Origin: a virus | Strand: one strand, 5' to 3' | Virus record (IMG/VR): IMGVR_UViG_3300008111_000005 | Span: 32,001-96,000 of that record | DNA: 64,000 nucleotides | Shown: positions 48,940 through 58,115 of the stretch, piece after piece | How the letters are laid out: each line of letters opens with the position of its first letter | Numbering within the stretch: the stretch's first letter is position 1 | Notes under the pieces: model-generated | The model's database searches: none | What the model saw: only the letters and a program-made list of their open reading frames with translations | Told to the model about the DNA's origin: nothing | Program-made: the position numbers and the translations under genes

Positions 48940-51093
48940 TTATGGGTTAATTATTGGATTTCCACTTTCATCAAGAGGAACAGTGCCTTCATTATTTAAA
49001 ACTGCTGTTGTTCTACCAATCAAATCAGCATATGATGCTGGTGTGGGATTGTCTGCACGTTCTAAACGAGGTAGTGATATAGTATTCTTTGATACGGTGT
49101 TTACACCCGATGGTCGTGGTGCAAGTTGTCGTGCTAATGCGTTTAGTCCTGGAATTTGTGATTGTACGTATGCTTTTTGTTTGTTCAAGAATTCTTGTGC
49201 AGCAATTCTACTGTCTGATATTCCTGTGTTTGCGATTACATCATCACCGAACAATTGTGTAGTGAGTATTGGACTTGTATCCAATTGTTTTATGTATTCC
49301 TTTTCAATAATATTGTATGTCATATTCAACTTAATTGCTTGTGGGAGTTCTTTATCTATATCCCATGGAATTTCTTGAAAACGCATGTCAATATTTTCTA
49401 CATACCCAGGTTGATTAACTATTACATTTCCTATTGTAATCCTTGCAAGTGGTGGAACCATAAAACCACCCGCATTATCTATTGGGTAAACTAATTTGTT
49501 TAACATATTTGCACGAGTCCAAATAGTTTCCAATTCTGCTTCACTAAATGCAATAAGGTACATACTGAACGTTAAGGTTCTGTTCATACCTTTGTATGTG
49601 ATGAATCGTTCTGGTCGTCCAACGTATCGAACTTCGTCGTATTGACCCTTTGCATTGTGATTGATATCTTCAATAAATGCACGAAAATTAATACCATTAT
49701 CAAATACGCCAGGAACAGCTATTTTGAATTTAATATAGTCTGCGTTTTCGTTTTGTCCATCCAAAAATGTTGCATCTACTACCGCTCTATTATTTTGTAA
49801 ATTAAAGTTATCTTTAATATAGGTTGCGGTAGTTATACCATTAAATGTTTTTGGTGTTGTTGCACTACGAACAGAATCGGTATAATCTGCTGAACTACGA
49901 TAATCATTTCGTGGATCTACACCATATGCAACTGTTGCTTTATTTGTATTGTTTAAATCCTTTACCTTAGCAATTGCCAACGTTGCACGTTCTAAATAGG
50001 CAGATTTCTCACCTTGATGGCTACGTATAACACCATCATTTTCTTTCATTATTGGCCACAAATCAGCTGCGTATAATGAATCGTATGCAGTTTGGTCTTT
50101 GGTCAATGTTGAATTTGACGCATTCAATCCTCGTAGTATTGCATTACCCGTTGCAGCAACGGTTTGTATACCTCTACCTATTTGACCCAAGTTGACTGTA
50201 TTACCGATTGAAAAATTCGTTCCCAATCTACTATTCAACCAACTGGTTCCTCTGCGAATAATTCCAGGTACAGGAATATTTGTTCTATTTGCAATACCAC
50301 GTAACGCGTTATTAACTACACCACCTGCTGCGTTAATCAATCGTGATTGTAATGTACGTTGTGCACCACCAACGAACTTTAAACGTAATCTGTCTTGGGT
50401 ACTGATTACCGTTTCCTTTTGTATTCTTCCCCACAAATCTGAGTTAATTGTGGCGTCATTTGGTACAATACGTGATACACGTGCCAATGGATTATTTAAA
50501 TTTGCATTTGCATAGTTACTAACTGCAAGGGGAACAGATAATGGATTGTATGCACGAGTTTGACCAAACGTATTACCCGCCTGTAATCGTTGTTGTAGTG
50601 CGAGAAAGCTAATTCCTTCACCACTCAACAAGTATTTTCTCATACGTGTAATATCACGAGGGCCTGATACTATTGGTAATGCTTGTGAATTTTGGCGAAT
50701 AAAACTACTTTCCGCAACATCACTACTGTATGGTTTTATTTCAATTAACGTATTGTTTGTTGGAGTATTTTTATTTGTGATTAATCCATTACTTAACGGA
50801 AAATCATCATACAACAAAGTTGGTCGTTTTCTTGTATAGGTGGAAGGGGTACGTAAAGGATTTCCAGAAAACGTAATACTTTGTCTTGGTGGTACAGTAT
50901 TGTACGTATCATATATTGGACTAATACGACGAATATCTATTAAATTTTGTGGTGCATCTGGTACGCCAATCGTTTCCGAAACGCGGTCACGTATAGCAAC
51001 AAATGCAGTGTTATCATTATTTACAGTAGAATCGGCATATATGTTTCCTATACCTTTATTGTTATTTGCAATATTTTGGAAAAGTTTAGCCAT
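48940..51093 (-). CDS. Baseplate/tail-tube-initiator-like protein
   Basis: C-terminal FRAFI..I...Y.GRPE.F..Y.G..R.L.FS...P..R.TIG tube-like domain; follows the tape measure gene. Confidence 0.6.
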   Translation of the reverse strand: MAKLFQNIANNNKGIGNIYADSTVNNDNTAFVAIRDRVSETIGVPDAPQNLIDIRRISPIYDTYNTVPPRQSITFSGNPLRTPSTYTRKRPTLLYDDFPLSNGLITNKNTPTNNTLIEIKPYSSDVAESSFIRQNSQALPIVSGPRDITRMRKYLLSGEGISFLALQQRLQAGNTFGQTRAYNPLSVPLAVSNYANANLNNPLARVSRIVPNDATINSDLWGRIQKETVISTQDRLRLKFVGGAQRTLQSRLINAAGGVVNNALRGIANRTNIPVPGIIRRGTSWLNSRLGTNFSIGNTVNLGQIGRGIQTVAATGNAILRGLNASNSTLTKDQTAYDSLYAADLWPIMKENDGVIRSHQGEKSAYLERATLAIAKVKDLNNTNKATVAYGVDPRNDYRSSADYTDSVRSATTPKTFNGITTATYIKDNFNLQNNRAVVDATFLDGQNENADYIKFKIAVPGVFDNGINFRAFIEDINHNAKGQYDEVRYVGRPERFITYKGMNRTLTFSMYLIAFSEAELETIWTRANMLNKLVYPIDNAGGFMVPPLARITIGNVIVNQPGYVENIDMRFQEIPWDIDKELPQAIKLNMTYNIIEKEYIKQLDTSPILTTQLFGDDVIANTGISDSRIAAQEFLNKQKAYVQSQIPGLNALARQLAPRPSGVNTVSKNTISLPRLERADNPTPASYADLIGRTTAVLNNEGTVPLDESGNPIINP

Positions 51094-51096
51094 AGA

Positions 51097-53160
51097 TTAT
51101 CCCACCACAGATAGACGGTCCATTGGTGACCGTGCGTTTAATGAAACCCGTCCTACTGTGTTACCGTCCATTTCAATCTTAATACCTGCAAATGCTGATG
51201 CCAATCTATCTAATTTAGCTTCTAATTTAGACATATCTACATTGACAGTATTTGTTACTGCCGGTGCTTGTTGTTGTGCTGTCATTGGTGACGTAAGTGT
51301 ACCAGCGGATAATAACTTTGTACCGGCCATTACAGTATCTTTGTTATTTAATGAGATAGTTTCATTTGGTGTTACCAGTACACGACTACCATACCCAGGA
51401 GAAGAAATGACATCATCTCCTTCTTCTGACTTCATACCCATCGCAGCGTATCCACCACCCGCTAACGCACCTGCCCCCAATAGTGCTAAGGATGCTCCAC
51501 CACTGGGTATTGCTCCTAGTATAGCAGCAGCTGTGAGTAATGTACCTATTCCTCCACCTATTGCACCAAGTCCAATACCTGTTTTTGTATTACCTTGTTC
51601 AACAAGTTCTCTACCAGCCATAGCACTACCAACCCCAACAGTAAGACCTGCTGCACCAAGACCGACTCTACCAGCTGTGCCTCCTAATAATTTTCCAAAC
51701 ATTCCAGAACTTCCCATCATAGCAGTATTTGCTACTAACGCAGCAGTATTTGCTATTAATGCCAAAGTTTGTGGATTTACAACAGATACCAATCCACCAA
51801 TTCCAGTTAAGAGTGGTCCTAGTCCTTTAATAATACCTTGATTAATACCATCTTGTATTTTTTCTTCTTGGGTCTTTTCTGCTGGTAGTGCTTCTTCACC
51901 TTTTGCCAATCGTGTTATTTCCCCAATGTCCAATCCTAAATCTCGTTCTAACGAGACTTTGAGGAAACGATTACGTTGTAATTCATTTAGTAATTGTTGA
52001 TTACCACCGAATTGTGCCGAAAGTTCTTTTTGAACTTCTTCGGGAGTACCAGTCCCAGCAACCTGTGCAAGTTTATTAAAGTCAATATTGAAGCCCATTG
52101 CATTAAGTTCTGCAAAGTTCTCCAAAGCCCCTTCAAAGTTACCAACCAAATTGTCAGCAAACTGTTCTGTTTTATTTAAGCTTACTCCAATTCGTTGAGC
52201 ATTGGCTGCTGCTCTTGCTAAGGAATCTGCGTATTTAACACCGGCTATTGCAACAAGATTTGCATTATTTGCTGCAAATGTTAAAGCTTGGTTTGCTGTT
52301 AATCCTGCATTTCTAAATTGTGTGATGAACTGTGATTGTAATTTTGCTTGATTAGCTAATCCACCAGCACCCAAAAATGCACGTTGTGCGCGTACAAATA
52401 TTTCTACACTAGTACCAAAACTTTTTGAACTTTGTGCAATATCTTGTGCTGCTCCACGCGTCAATATTGTACCAAATTCTTTTTGGTACGCATTTATGGC
52501 GGATATTGTATCTTCGACTTTAAGTTGTGGTCCTTTACTAAAATATGATGTAATTACGTTGGTATAGGCACCTGCCAATGCACTAATAGACGTATCAAAT
52601 GTTACTCCCAGCTTTTCTTGGGTACGGTAGATAGTATCACGTAATTTCATCAACGCTTCACCAGCTCGCATTAAAATTTCACCAAATATTAACATTTTAA
52701 CGCCAGGAATATTTGCAGCAAATAATTTGGATTTTTCTTCTACTGTTTTTAGAACAGAAGTTAATCTATTAAATCCCATAGCCGAATTTATTTGTTGTTT
52801 TGCTAATTCGAATTGGGCGTCCATGAGATAAGCTTCTTCTTCAAGATTTACTCTATCTTGTATAACTTTTATTAAATCTGTTAGTTCATTAATATAAAGT
52901 TGTTCTAAGTCTGCTACACGACTTTGCAACCCATTTAACGTACCTGCAACAATCTTTTTTCGTTTACCTTCGTTGTTAATATAACTTGCTAATCCAGCAG
53001 CTTCTGCTTTCATCACACGTAATAAGTTTTCCTGTGCGGAACGTAAATCAGACGCAGATGATTGTAATATATTTTGTTGCTGTATAATATCTTGATATTT
53101 CCCAGATAACTGTGATAATATCGAACTATATTCTTTTTCTGCTTCGTCAACTGTTGCCAT
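51097..53160 (-). CDS. Tape-measure-like protein
   Basis: Ala-rich helical sequence with Gly/Ala hydrophobic segments; downstream of the chaperone pair. Confidence 0.7.
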   Translation of the reverse strand: MATVDEAEKEYSSILSQLSGKYQDIIQQQNILQSSASDLRSAQENLLRVMKAEAAGLASYINNEGKRKKIVAGTLNGLQSRVADLEQLYINELTDLIKVIQDRVNLEEEAYLMDAQFELAKQQINSAMGFNRLTSVLKTVEEKSKLFAANIPGVKMLIFGEILMRAGEALMKLRDTIYRTQEKLGVTFDTSISALAGAYTNVITSYFSKGPQLKVEDTISAINAYQKEFGTILTRGAAQDIAQSSKSFGTSVEIFVRAQRAFLGAGGLANQAKLQSQFITQFRNAGLTANQALTFAANNANLVAIAGVKYADSLARAAANAQRIGVSLNKTEQFADNLVGNFEGALENFAELNAMGFNIDFNKLAQVAGTGTPEEVQKELSAQFGGNQQLLNELQRNRFLKVSLERDLGLDIGEITRLAKGEEALPAEKTQEEKIQDGINQGIIKGLGPLLTGIGGLVSVVNPQTLALIANTAALVANTAMMGSSGMFGKLLGGTAGRVGLGAAGLTVGVGSAMAGRELVEQGNTKTGIGLGAIGGGIGTLLTAAAILGAIPSGGASLALLGAGALAGGGYAAMGMKSEEGDDVISSPGYGSRVLVTPNETISLNNKDTVMAGTKLLSAGTLTSPMTAQQQAPAVTNTVNVDMSKLEAKLDRLASAFAGIKIEMDGNTVGRVSLNARSPMDRLSVVG

Positions 53161-53168
53161 CTAGTATC

Positions 53169-53339
53169 TCATTTACGAGGTTTTTTTGTAACCTTTTCTA
53201 TTTCTGCGTTTGCTTTTTCTACTGTGTCGTTCATTTCCTTCAAATAGAAGCCGCGCAAGAACACGGGCATATTATATAAATCTTGAAATGTAAAACCACC
53301 TTTTCCGTGATACACCATAGAAAAGATGACTTTATGCAT
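53169..53339 (-). CDS. Small tail-assembly ORF (56 aa), probable frameshift extension of the upstream chaperone
   Basis: Own translation MHKVIFSMVYHGKGGFTFQDLYNMPVFLRGFYLKEMNDTVEKANAEIEKVTKKPRK; frame open back to the T7 run at 53367-53373. Confidence 0.7.
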   Translation of the reverse strand: MHKVIFSMVYHGKGGFTFQDLYNMPVFLRGFYLKEMNDTVEKANAEIEKVTKKPRK

Positions 53340-53346
53340 TTGTAAC

Positions 53347-54090
53347 CTATATTCTTGCGTCAGGCCAAAAAAAGTTCAAGCCTATGGAAATAGGTAGTGT
53401 TGTTGCATTATCACACTTTTCACACGTATACGGTGCTTCGAACTTCACATCTGGTGTAACTGTTTTATAAAATTCACGAAGTGCTCGTGTGTCTGCAACC
53501 AACATATTATCTACTGTTTCACGGATAAGTTTTGGTTCAGACGACCCATCCACTTCTGCGATAAGATAACGTAATCTCGTAGATGCTTCTGGTTCTACCT
53601 GCATCCCCACCTTCTTCAATGCATCTAGTTCCTTTTGAATATCCTTTTCAATTTTACGAGTTAACACCCGTACTTTAATAGTTTTCTTACTAATTGGTAG
53701 TGTAACCGTTACATTTTCTTCCGTAACATCTTTGGATTCTAATTGTGACAAATCCACAACGTGTTCTGCCGAAGTACCACATTTTGGACAGGTAACATTC
53801 ACAGGATAATCTTTACCATACCCAAGAATACGTGATGCGACCATTACTGCGTTTAAGTCACCCAACAATAAATCTTCGTGGGTCACTCCCTTTGTAACAA
53901 TTAAACTATCAATTAATTTATCAAGAACGATACCCTTTTGAATAAGGTTCTGTGAGGTCAGAATATCTTCTTCCTTGGCGGTCATATACTTCAACTCAAT
54001 TTGACCTGATGCCAATGGATGTCCTACTGGGTAAAACTTGCCCTTACTTGGTAAATCAATTACTTCCGTAGGGAATGTAACATTTGACAT
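53347..54090 (-). CDS. T4 gp26-like baseplate/tail assembly chaperone
   Basis: LPSKG, MTAKEEDIL, CPKC, CEKC, ends NFFWP. Confidence 0.75.
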   Translation of the reverse strand: MSNVTFPTEVIDLPSKGKFYPVGHPLASGQIELKYMTAKEEDILTSQNLIQKGIVLDKLIDSLIVTKGVTHEDLLLGDLNAVMVASRILGYGKDYPVNVTCPKCGTSAEHVVDLSQLESKDVTEENVTVTLPISKKTIKVRVLTRKIEKDIQKELDALKKVGMQVEPEASTRLRYLIAEVDGSSEPKLIRETVDNMLVADTRALREFYKTVTPDVKFEAPYTCEKCDNATTLPISIGLNFFWPDARI

Positions 54091-54106
54091 AAGTAACTCC
54101 TTGTGT

Positions 54107-54127
54107 TATAAATACTTGATATAAATA
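54107..54127 (-). promoter_or_regulatory. Two tandem TATTTATA motifs before the tail module
   Basis: Exact copies at 54107-54114 and 54120-54127, upstream of AAGGAG and ATG 54090. Confidence 0.5.
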
Positions 54128-54130
54128 TCG

Positions 54131-56020
54131 TTAATCTACATTTTCATCGGTAAAATGTGTATTATAGTGGGTATTAATTCGTCGAACAAATTCTCTAAAA
54201 AATGATTTATTACTATCCGGCGTGACCAATGCTCCGTCTACAATGAGGTCCGCAATTTGCTGTTTATCCTTCAAGATATCCCGCATGTACTCGTCTATAC
54301 TTTCTTCACAAATCATATAGTATGCTTGGACTTGGTTCGTTTGACCGATACGATGGGTTCTGTCCTCTGCCTGTTCGTGATTCGCAGGTACCCAATCCAT
54401 ATCCAAAAAGACAACTGTATCTATGATTTTCTGTAATCCGTCAATACCCATACCTGCGGCACGAATACTAAATAATCCTACTTTTGCTTCTCCGTTGGTT
54501 AATTTATCAATCGTTTCTTGACGTTGATTACGATTCATTTCTCCCGTCAATATTGCTGCTTTATTACCATAATGTTCCAACAAAAATTTTAATGGTTGAA
54601 TATAGCAACTGAATATTAATATTGATCTATCATTATCCAAGAACTCATCAATCATTTCTATAAGACGAGGCATTTTCTTTTGTATAAGAAATGCTTGGAG
54701 TTTTGGCATGTGGGTAACTGATGGTTTTCCATCCATTTTCCACTTCCCAAAAACTTCTTTTAATAGTGCTTGGTATTCTTTCTTTTCATCTTTGGTGAGT
54801 TCTACATACAAATCATTACGTTGCTTCTTTGGTAACTCTTTCAATACTTCATCTTTTTTACGACGAATGACCAAATCTTTTGTGCGGTCATGTAGGTCTT
54901 GCAGGTTACGAGGTGCGTCCCCCTTCCATCCACCATAACGTTCTACAAAGTGATAGAAGTTATTAAATCTATCCTTATCCAAAAAGTTTAATAGTGAGAA
55001 CGCCTCAATAGGACGAGACATAACAGGAGTACCCGTTAAAAATATCGAATATTTTGTTTTAATTCCAGGATATTTTCTTCGTTCTTTCCACGACCCCAAT
55101 ACTGATTTTGCTCGAATAGTTTGACGATTTTTAAGAAACGTTGCTTCGTCACATACCAAGAGATCAAATTTTTGGTCACGAAGTGCTTTATTAATCTTTG
55201 GTACTGCATCATAATGTACGATATGAAACTGATTATCCAGTTCCCCATCGTAATGTTTACTATCCCAGATAGTAGATTTCTTACCAGTAAACTTTTTAAT
55301 CTCACGTTGCCAGTTAATTGTTACGGACAACGGACACACAATTAATGTTTTAAGATTGTGAAGTTGTGCATATCCAATTGCCTGTACGGTTTTACCCAAC
55401 CCAGGCGCATCTGCGATAAGACATCGACCCCCAGCTCTATCTACGAATTTCACACCAACTTTTTGATACGGATATAAAGTAAGCTTCATTCCTTTGATAT
55501 CAAACTCTGTATCTTCCAAAGAACGAATTTCGTCAAGGTCGTGTCTACGAGATTTAAGTTCTTCAACTTTATCCAATACTTTCTTATCGCATTTGATATT
55601 ACTGAAAATAGTAAATACTTTTGGAAGATGTACTAATGGGAACTCCCAATGTTTATCATCGTTGTTCCACTTTCGACCATCTATCTCGTACTTGAACTTT
55701 GCCAACATCGCTTTGTCATATGGCATGACAATGGCAGCGGTCTTATTATCTACTAATAATACCTCTACTTTATCACTTGATGTTTTTGGTAAATCTTTAT
55801 ATGAGATAGTTGGATTGTTTGTTCGTGGTAAATCTAATTCACTAACATCCTCTCCCATTAGAGTTTTTGCCGCGGCAATTCTCCATACTTCTGGCAATCC
55901 CTCTTGCCCAGACATCCATTCTAAATACGAAGGAACACTCCTCGCAACGTGTGCTAAGGAGTGTCCTTTGAATCTACCCCACGTAAAGATTACGTGTTCA
56001 ACCGACTTGTGGAGTTCCAT
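54131..56020 (-). CDS. SNF2-family (HARP/SMARCAL1-like) helicase
   Basis: DAPGLGKT, CDEA, LTGTP, RRKK, GMGIDG, QAEDRTHRIGQ. Confidence 0.9.
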   Translation of the reverse strand: MELHKSVEHVIFTWGRFKGHSLAHVARSVPSYLEWMSGQEGLPEVWRIAAAKTLMGEDVSELDLPRTNNPTISYKDLPKTSSDKVEVLLVDNKTAAIVMPYDKAMLAKFKYEIDGRKWNNDDKHWEFPLVHLPKVFTIFSNIKCDKKVLDKVEELKSRRHDLDEIRSLEDTEFDIKGMKLTLYPYQKVGVKFVDRAGGRCLIADAPGLGKTVQAIGYAQLHNLKTLIVCPLSVTINWQREIKKFTGKKSTIWDSKHYDGELDNQFHIVHYDAVPKINKALRDQKFDLLVCDEATFLKNRQTIRAKSVLGSWKERRKYPGIKTKYSIFLTGTPVMSRPIEAFSLLNFLDKDRFNNFYHFVERYGGWKGDAPRNLQDLHDRTKDLVIRRKKDEVLKELPKKQRNDLYVELTKDEKKEYQALLKEVFGKWKMDGKPSVTHMPKLQAFLIQKKMPRLIEMIDEFLDNDRSILIFSCYIQPLKFLLEHYGNKAAILTGEMNRNQRQETIDKLTNGEAKVGLFSIRAAGMGIDGLQKIIDTVVFLDMDWVPANHEQAEDRTHRIGQTNQVQAYYMICEESIDEYMRDILKDKQQIADLIVDGALVTPDSNKSFFREFVRRINTHYNTHFTDENVD

Positions 56021-56246
56021 CTGTTGTTTGGGTTGGAATCTTTACATACTTCATAGATTCCATATCTAAACGCCATCCTTCTTGTGGAAGTAATCCCATC
56101 ATTACCATCAATTCCACATTAGCATCTTGAAGTTCTCGTAATGAGGTTTGTTGGTATTCACGAATACGACTATTGTGGAGTTCAACCAGTTGTCGGATTG
56201 CTAGTGGTACAGGAACTTCTGTTACTTCACGTTTCTCTTCCGTCAT
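55998..56246 (-). CDS. Hypothetical protein (last gene of the rSAM unit)
   Basis: 82-aa ORF starting 1 nt after the methyltransferase-fusion stop. Confidence 0.65.
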   Translation of the reverse strand: MTEEKREVTEVPVPLAIRQLVELHNSRIREYQQTSLRELQDANVELMVMMGLLPQEGWRLDMESMKYVKIPTQTTDGTPQVG

Positions 56247-56247
56247 A

Positions 56248-57720
56248 TTATACCTTACGTTTAAAGAGTTGCGCCATATCGTCTTGACGATGGATTAATT
56301 TACCTTCCGGTTCCCATTCTTGGTCAAGACCAGTGACCTTCATAATATTATCAATCGAACCATACTGCTGTGTCCAATCACAGGTCAGATTAATTAACAA
56401 TAGGTCTGTCTTTTCATAAAGTTGCTTACGAACTTGTTCTGCTACTATCTTTGTTGTTTCCAACAATCGACCTGGCATTAGGAGAACCAGACTGTATGCT
56501 TTTTCATTCCACGTATGTAAGTCAAATATACTACCCATTGTAAAGATTCCCCAATGGATTGTTGTTGCTGCCGACATACAACGTTGCTTATCCATTTCCA
56601 CACCATGCGGAATTAAATCTTGTCTATCTCCCACCACACGACCTAACAAGACACCATTACCACACCCAAGGTCAAGCACATTTCCACTTGGAATATACTT
56701 CATATCTCCAACTGCATCAAGAATAACTTGATGGAAATGATCCATTGCACCCTTGTTACTAAATCCGTTCTCTTCCCAAACAGAAGTATCTTCCAACGAC
56801 TTAGCAAAGGATAGAGTCTTAGTAATAGGTTTAATTTTAGTTTTCTTTTGGTTATACGGATATGTAATACCCGACATACCATCTTCTGGATATGAATGAC
56901 TGAGCTTTTGTACCGTGTATTTCCACGGTGTCATATCTGTACGTGATGATATCTTATTGATTGGGGTACGAATTTCCGCGATGCCGTGCAACGCTGACCA
57001 TTCCACGGGCCACGAAAGAATTTCATAAATCCAATCAATTTCCTTATTATATCCAAGTGTACGACCAAGTTCTGCCATTTTCATACCAAGTTCTTCTGTT
57101 GCTTTACAATCAAATGAACATGGAAGATGTGAGACTAGTCGAATACCCTGCCACCGCCAAAGAATATTGGATTCTGGTGGAGTGTCTGCATTAATATGAA
57201 TAGTGTGATCGTTGTCGGTTAACGTCAGCTTATCAGCTGCCATTGTCCACGTAGAATCTACATATCCTTGGTTTACCCAATATTTGTTGAAATGTTCAAT
57301 ACAACATGTAGGGTATCCAAGTAATCTTCCCGCTTCACGGTCACGAATAGATGATGGGGAATTCCATATACTGAACCATTCTTCAGCCAATCGTTCTGAC
57401 TTTGTAAAAACAACTCGTATATTATAATCTCCACCAGCATATGGAATTGTAGTAGAGGAATATTGCCCAGTAATTCCTTCCTTTGCCAAGGCAACAATTT
57501 TTACACCATACTTACCATACTCTTCTTGCAACGACATCAATTCCGATGGACGGATGATATCTAGTGCAGATGGTCGAATGTCATGAACCACAGACATACG
57601 TTCTATATGTCTCCATGCACTGGAAATTGCCGAAATAATCGGTTCGTATTTATTTTTGTTTTCCATACTCGTCCACTGCACACGAGTCCAATCTGGTAAA
57701 ACGTGTTTAATTCTTTGCAT
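56248..57720 (-). CDS. DUF483-like Cys-motif domain fused to a class I SAM methyltransferase
   Basis: GRLLGYPTCCIEHF and HLPCSFDC; C-terminal VLDLGCGNG and GVEMD. Confidence 0.7.
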   Translation of the reverse strand: MQRIKHVLPDWTRVQWTSMENKNKYEPIISAISSAWRHIERMSVVHDIRPSALDIIRPSELMSLQEEYGKYGVKIVALAKEGITGQYSSTTIPYAGGDYNIRVVFTKSERLAEEWFSIWNSPSSIRDREAGRLLGYPTCCIEHFNKYWVNQGYVDSTWTMAADKLTLTDNDHTIHINADTPPESNILWRWQGIRLVSHLPCSFDCKATEELGMKMAELGRTLGYNKEIDWIYEILSWPVEWSALHGIAEIRTPINKISSRTDMTPWKYTVQKLSHSYPEDGMSGITYPYNQKKTKIKPITKTLSFAKSLEDTSVWEENGFSNKGAMDHFHQVILDAVGDMKYIPSGNVLDLGCGNGVLLGRVVGDRQDLIPHGVEMDKQRCMSAATTIHWGIFTMGSIFDLHTWNEKAYSLVLLMPGRLLETTKIVAEQVRKQLYEKTDLLLINLTCDWTQQYGSIDNIMKVTGLDQEWEPEGKLIHRQDDMAQLFKRKV

Positions 57721-57738
57721 AACCCCTTCGTGTTTAAA

Positions 57739-58095
57739 TTAAATCTTCAGCTTACTTTTTTCTTCTGCAATAATCTGTTGCAAAAATGCCTTCCACGAAT
57801 TTCCAGCAGTAGCCTGTGCTGTGTCGGTATCCGTACTTACTACTCCAAACTTGGCTTCATACGCTTCACGATACCGACCAGTTTCATCAACGTGGTCTGC
57901 ATGTCCGTTTGTCATATCAAACTCTTCACCAACAATTGTTTGTGATGTAGTTACTACTGGTACGGATTCGGTATCTCGAAATTCTTCTGGAATTTCCTTT
58001 AATATTCCCTTTTCCAAAAGTTCTTTTACTACTTCGAACTTTTGAGCGTAAGCTCCCGATGAGTCTACATGGTCAGCATGTAATCCTTGAATCAT
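57739..58095 (-). CDS. Small acidic protein with two HADHVD motifs (rSAM partner or substrate candidate)
   Basis: LHADHVDSSGAYAQKF and GHADHVDETGRYREAYEAKFG; GAGG RBS. Confidence 0.75.
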   Translation of the reverse strand: MIQGLHADHVDSSGAYAQKFEVVKELLEKGILKEIPEEFRDTESVPVVTTSQTIVGEEFDMTNGHADHVDETGRYREAYEAKFGVVSTDTDTAQATAGNSWKAFLQQIIAEEKSKLKI

Positions 58096-58115
58096 TTGTT
58101 TATCCTCTACTATTA

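Noticed and set aside
50840-51841. 333-aa plus-strand ORF and the other plus-strand ORFs
   Set aside because: Antisense shadows of well-supported minus-strand genes with no recognisable motifs.
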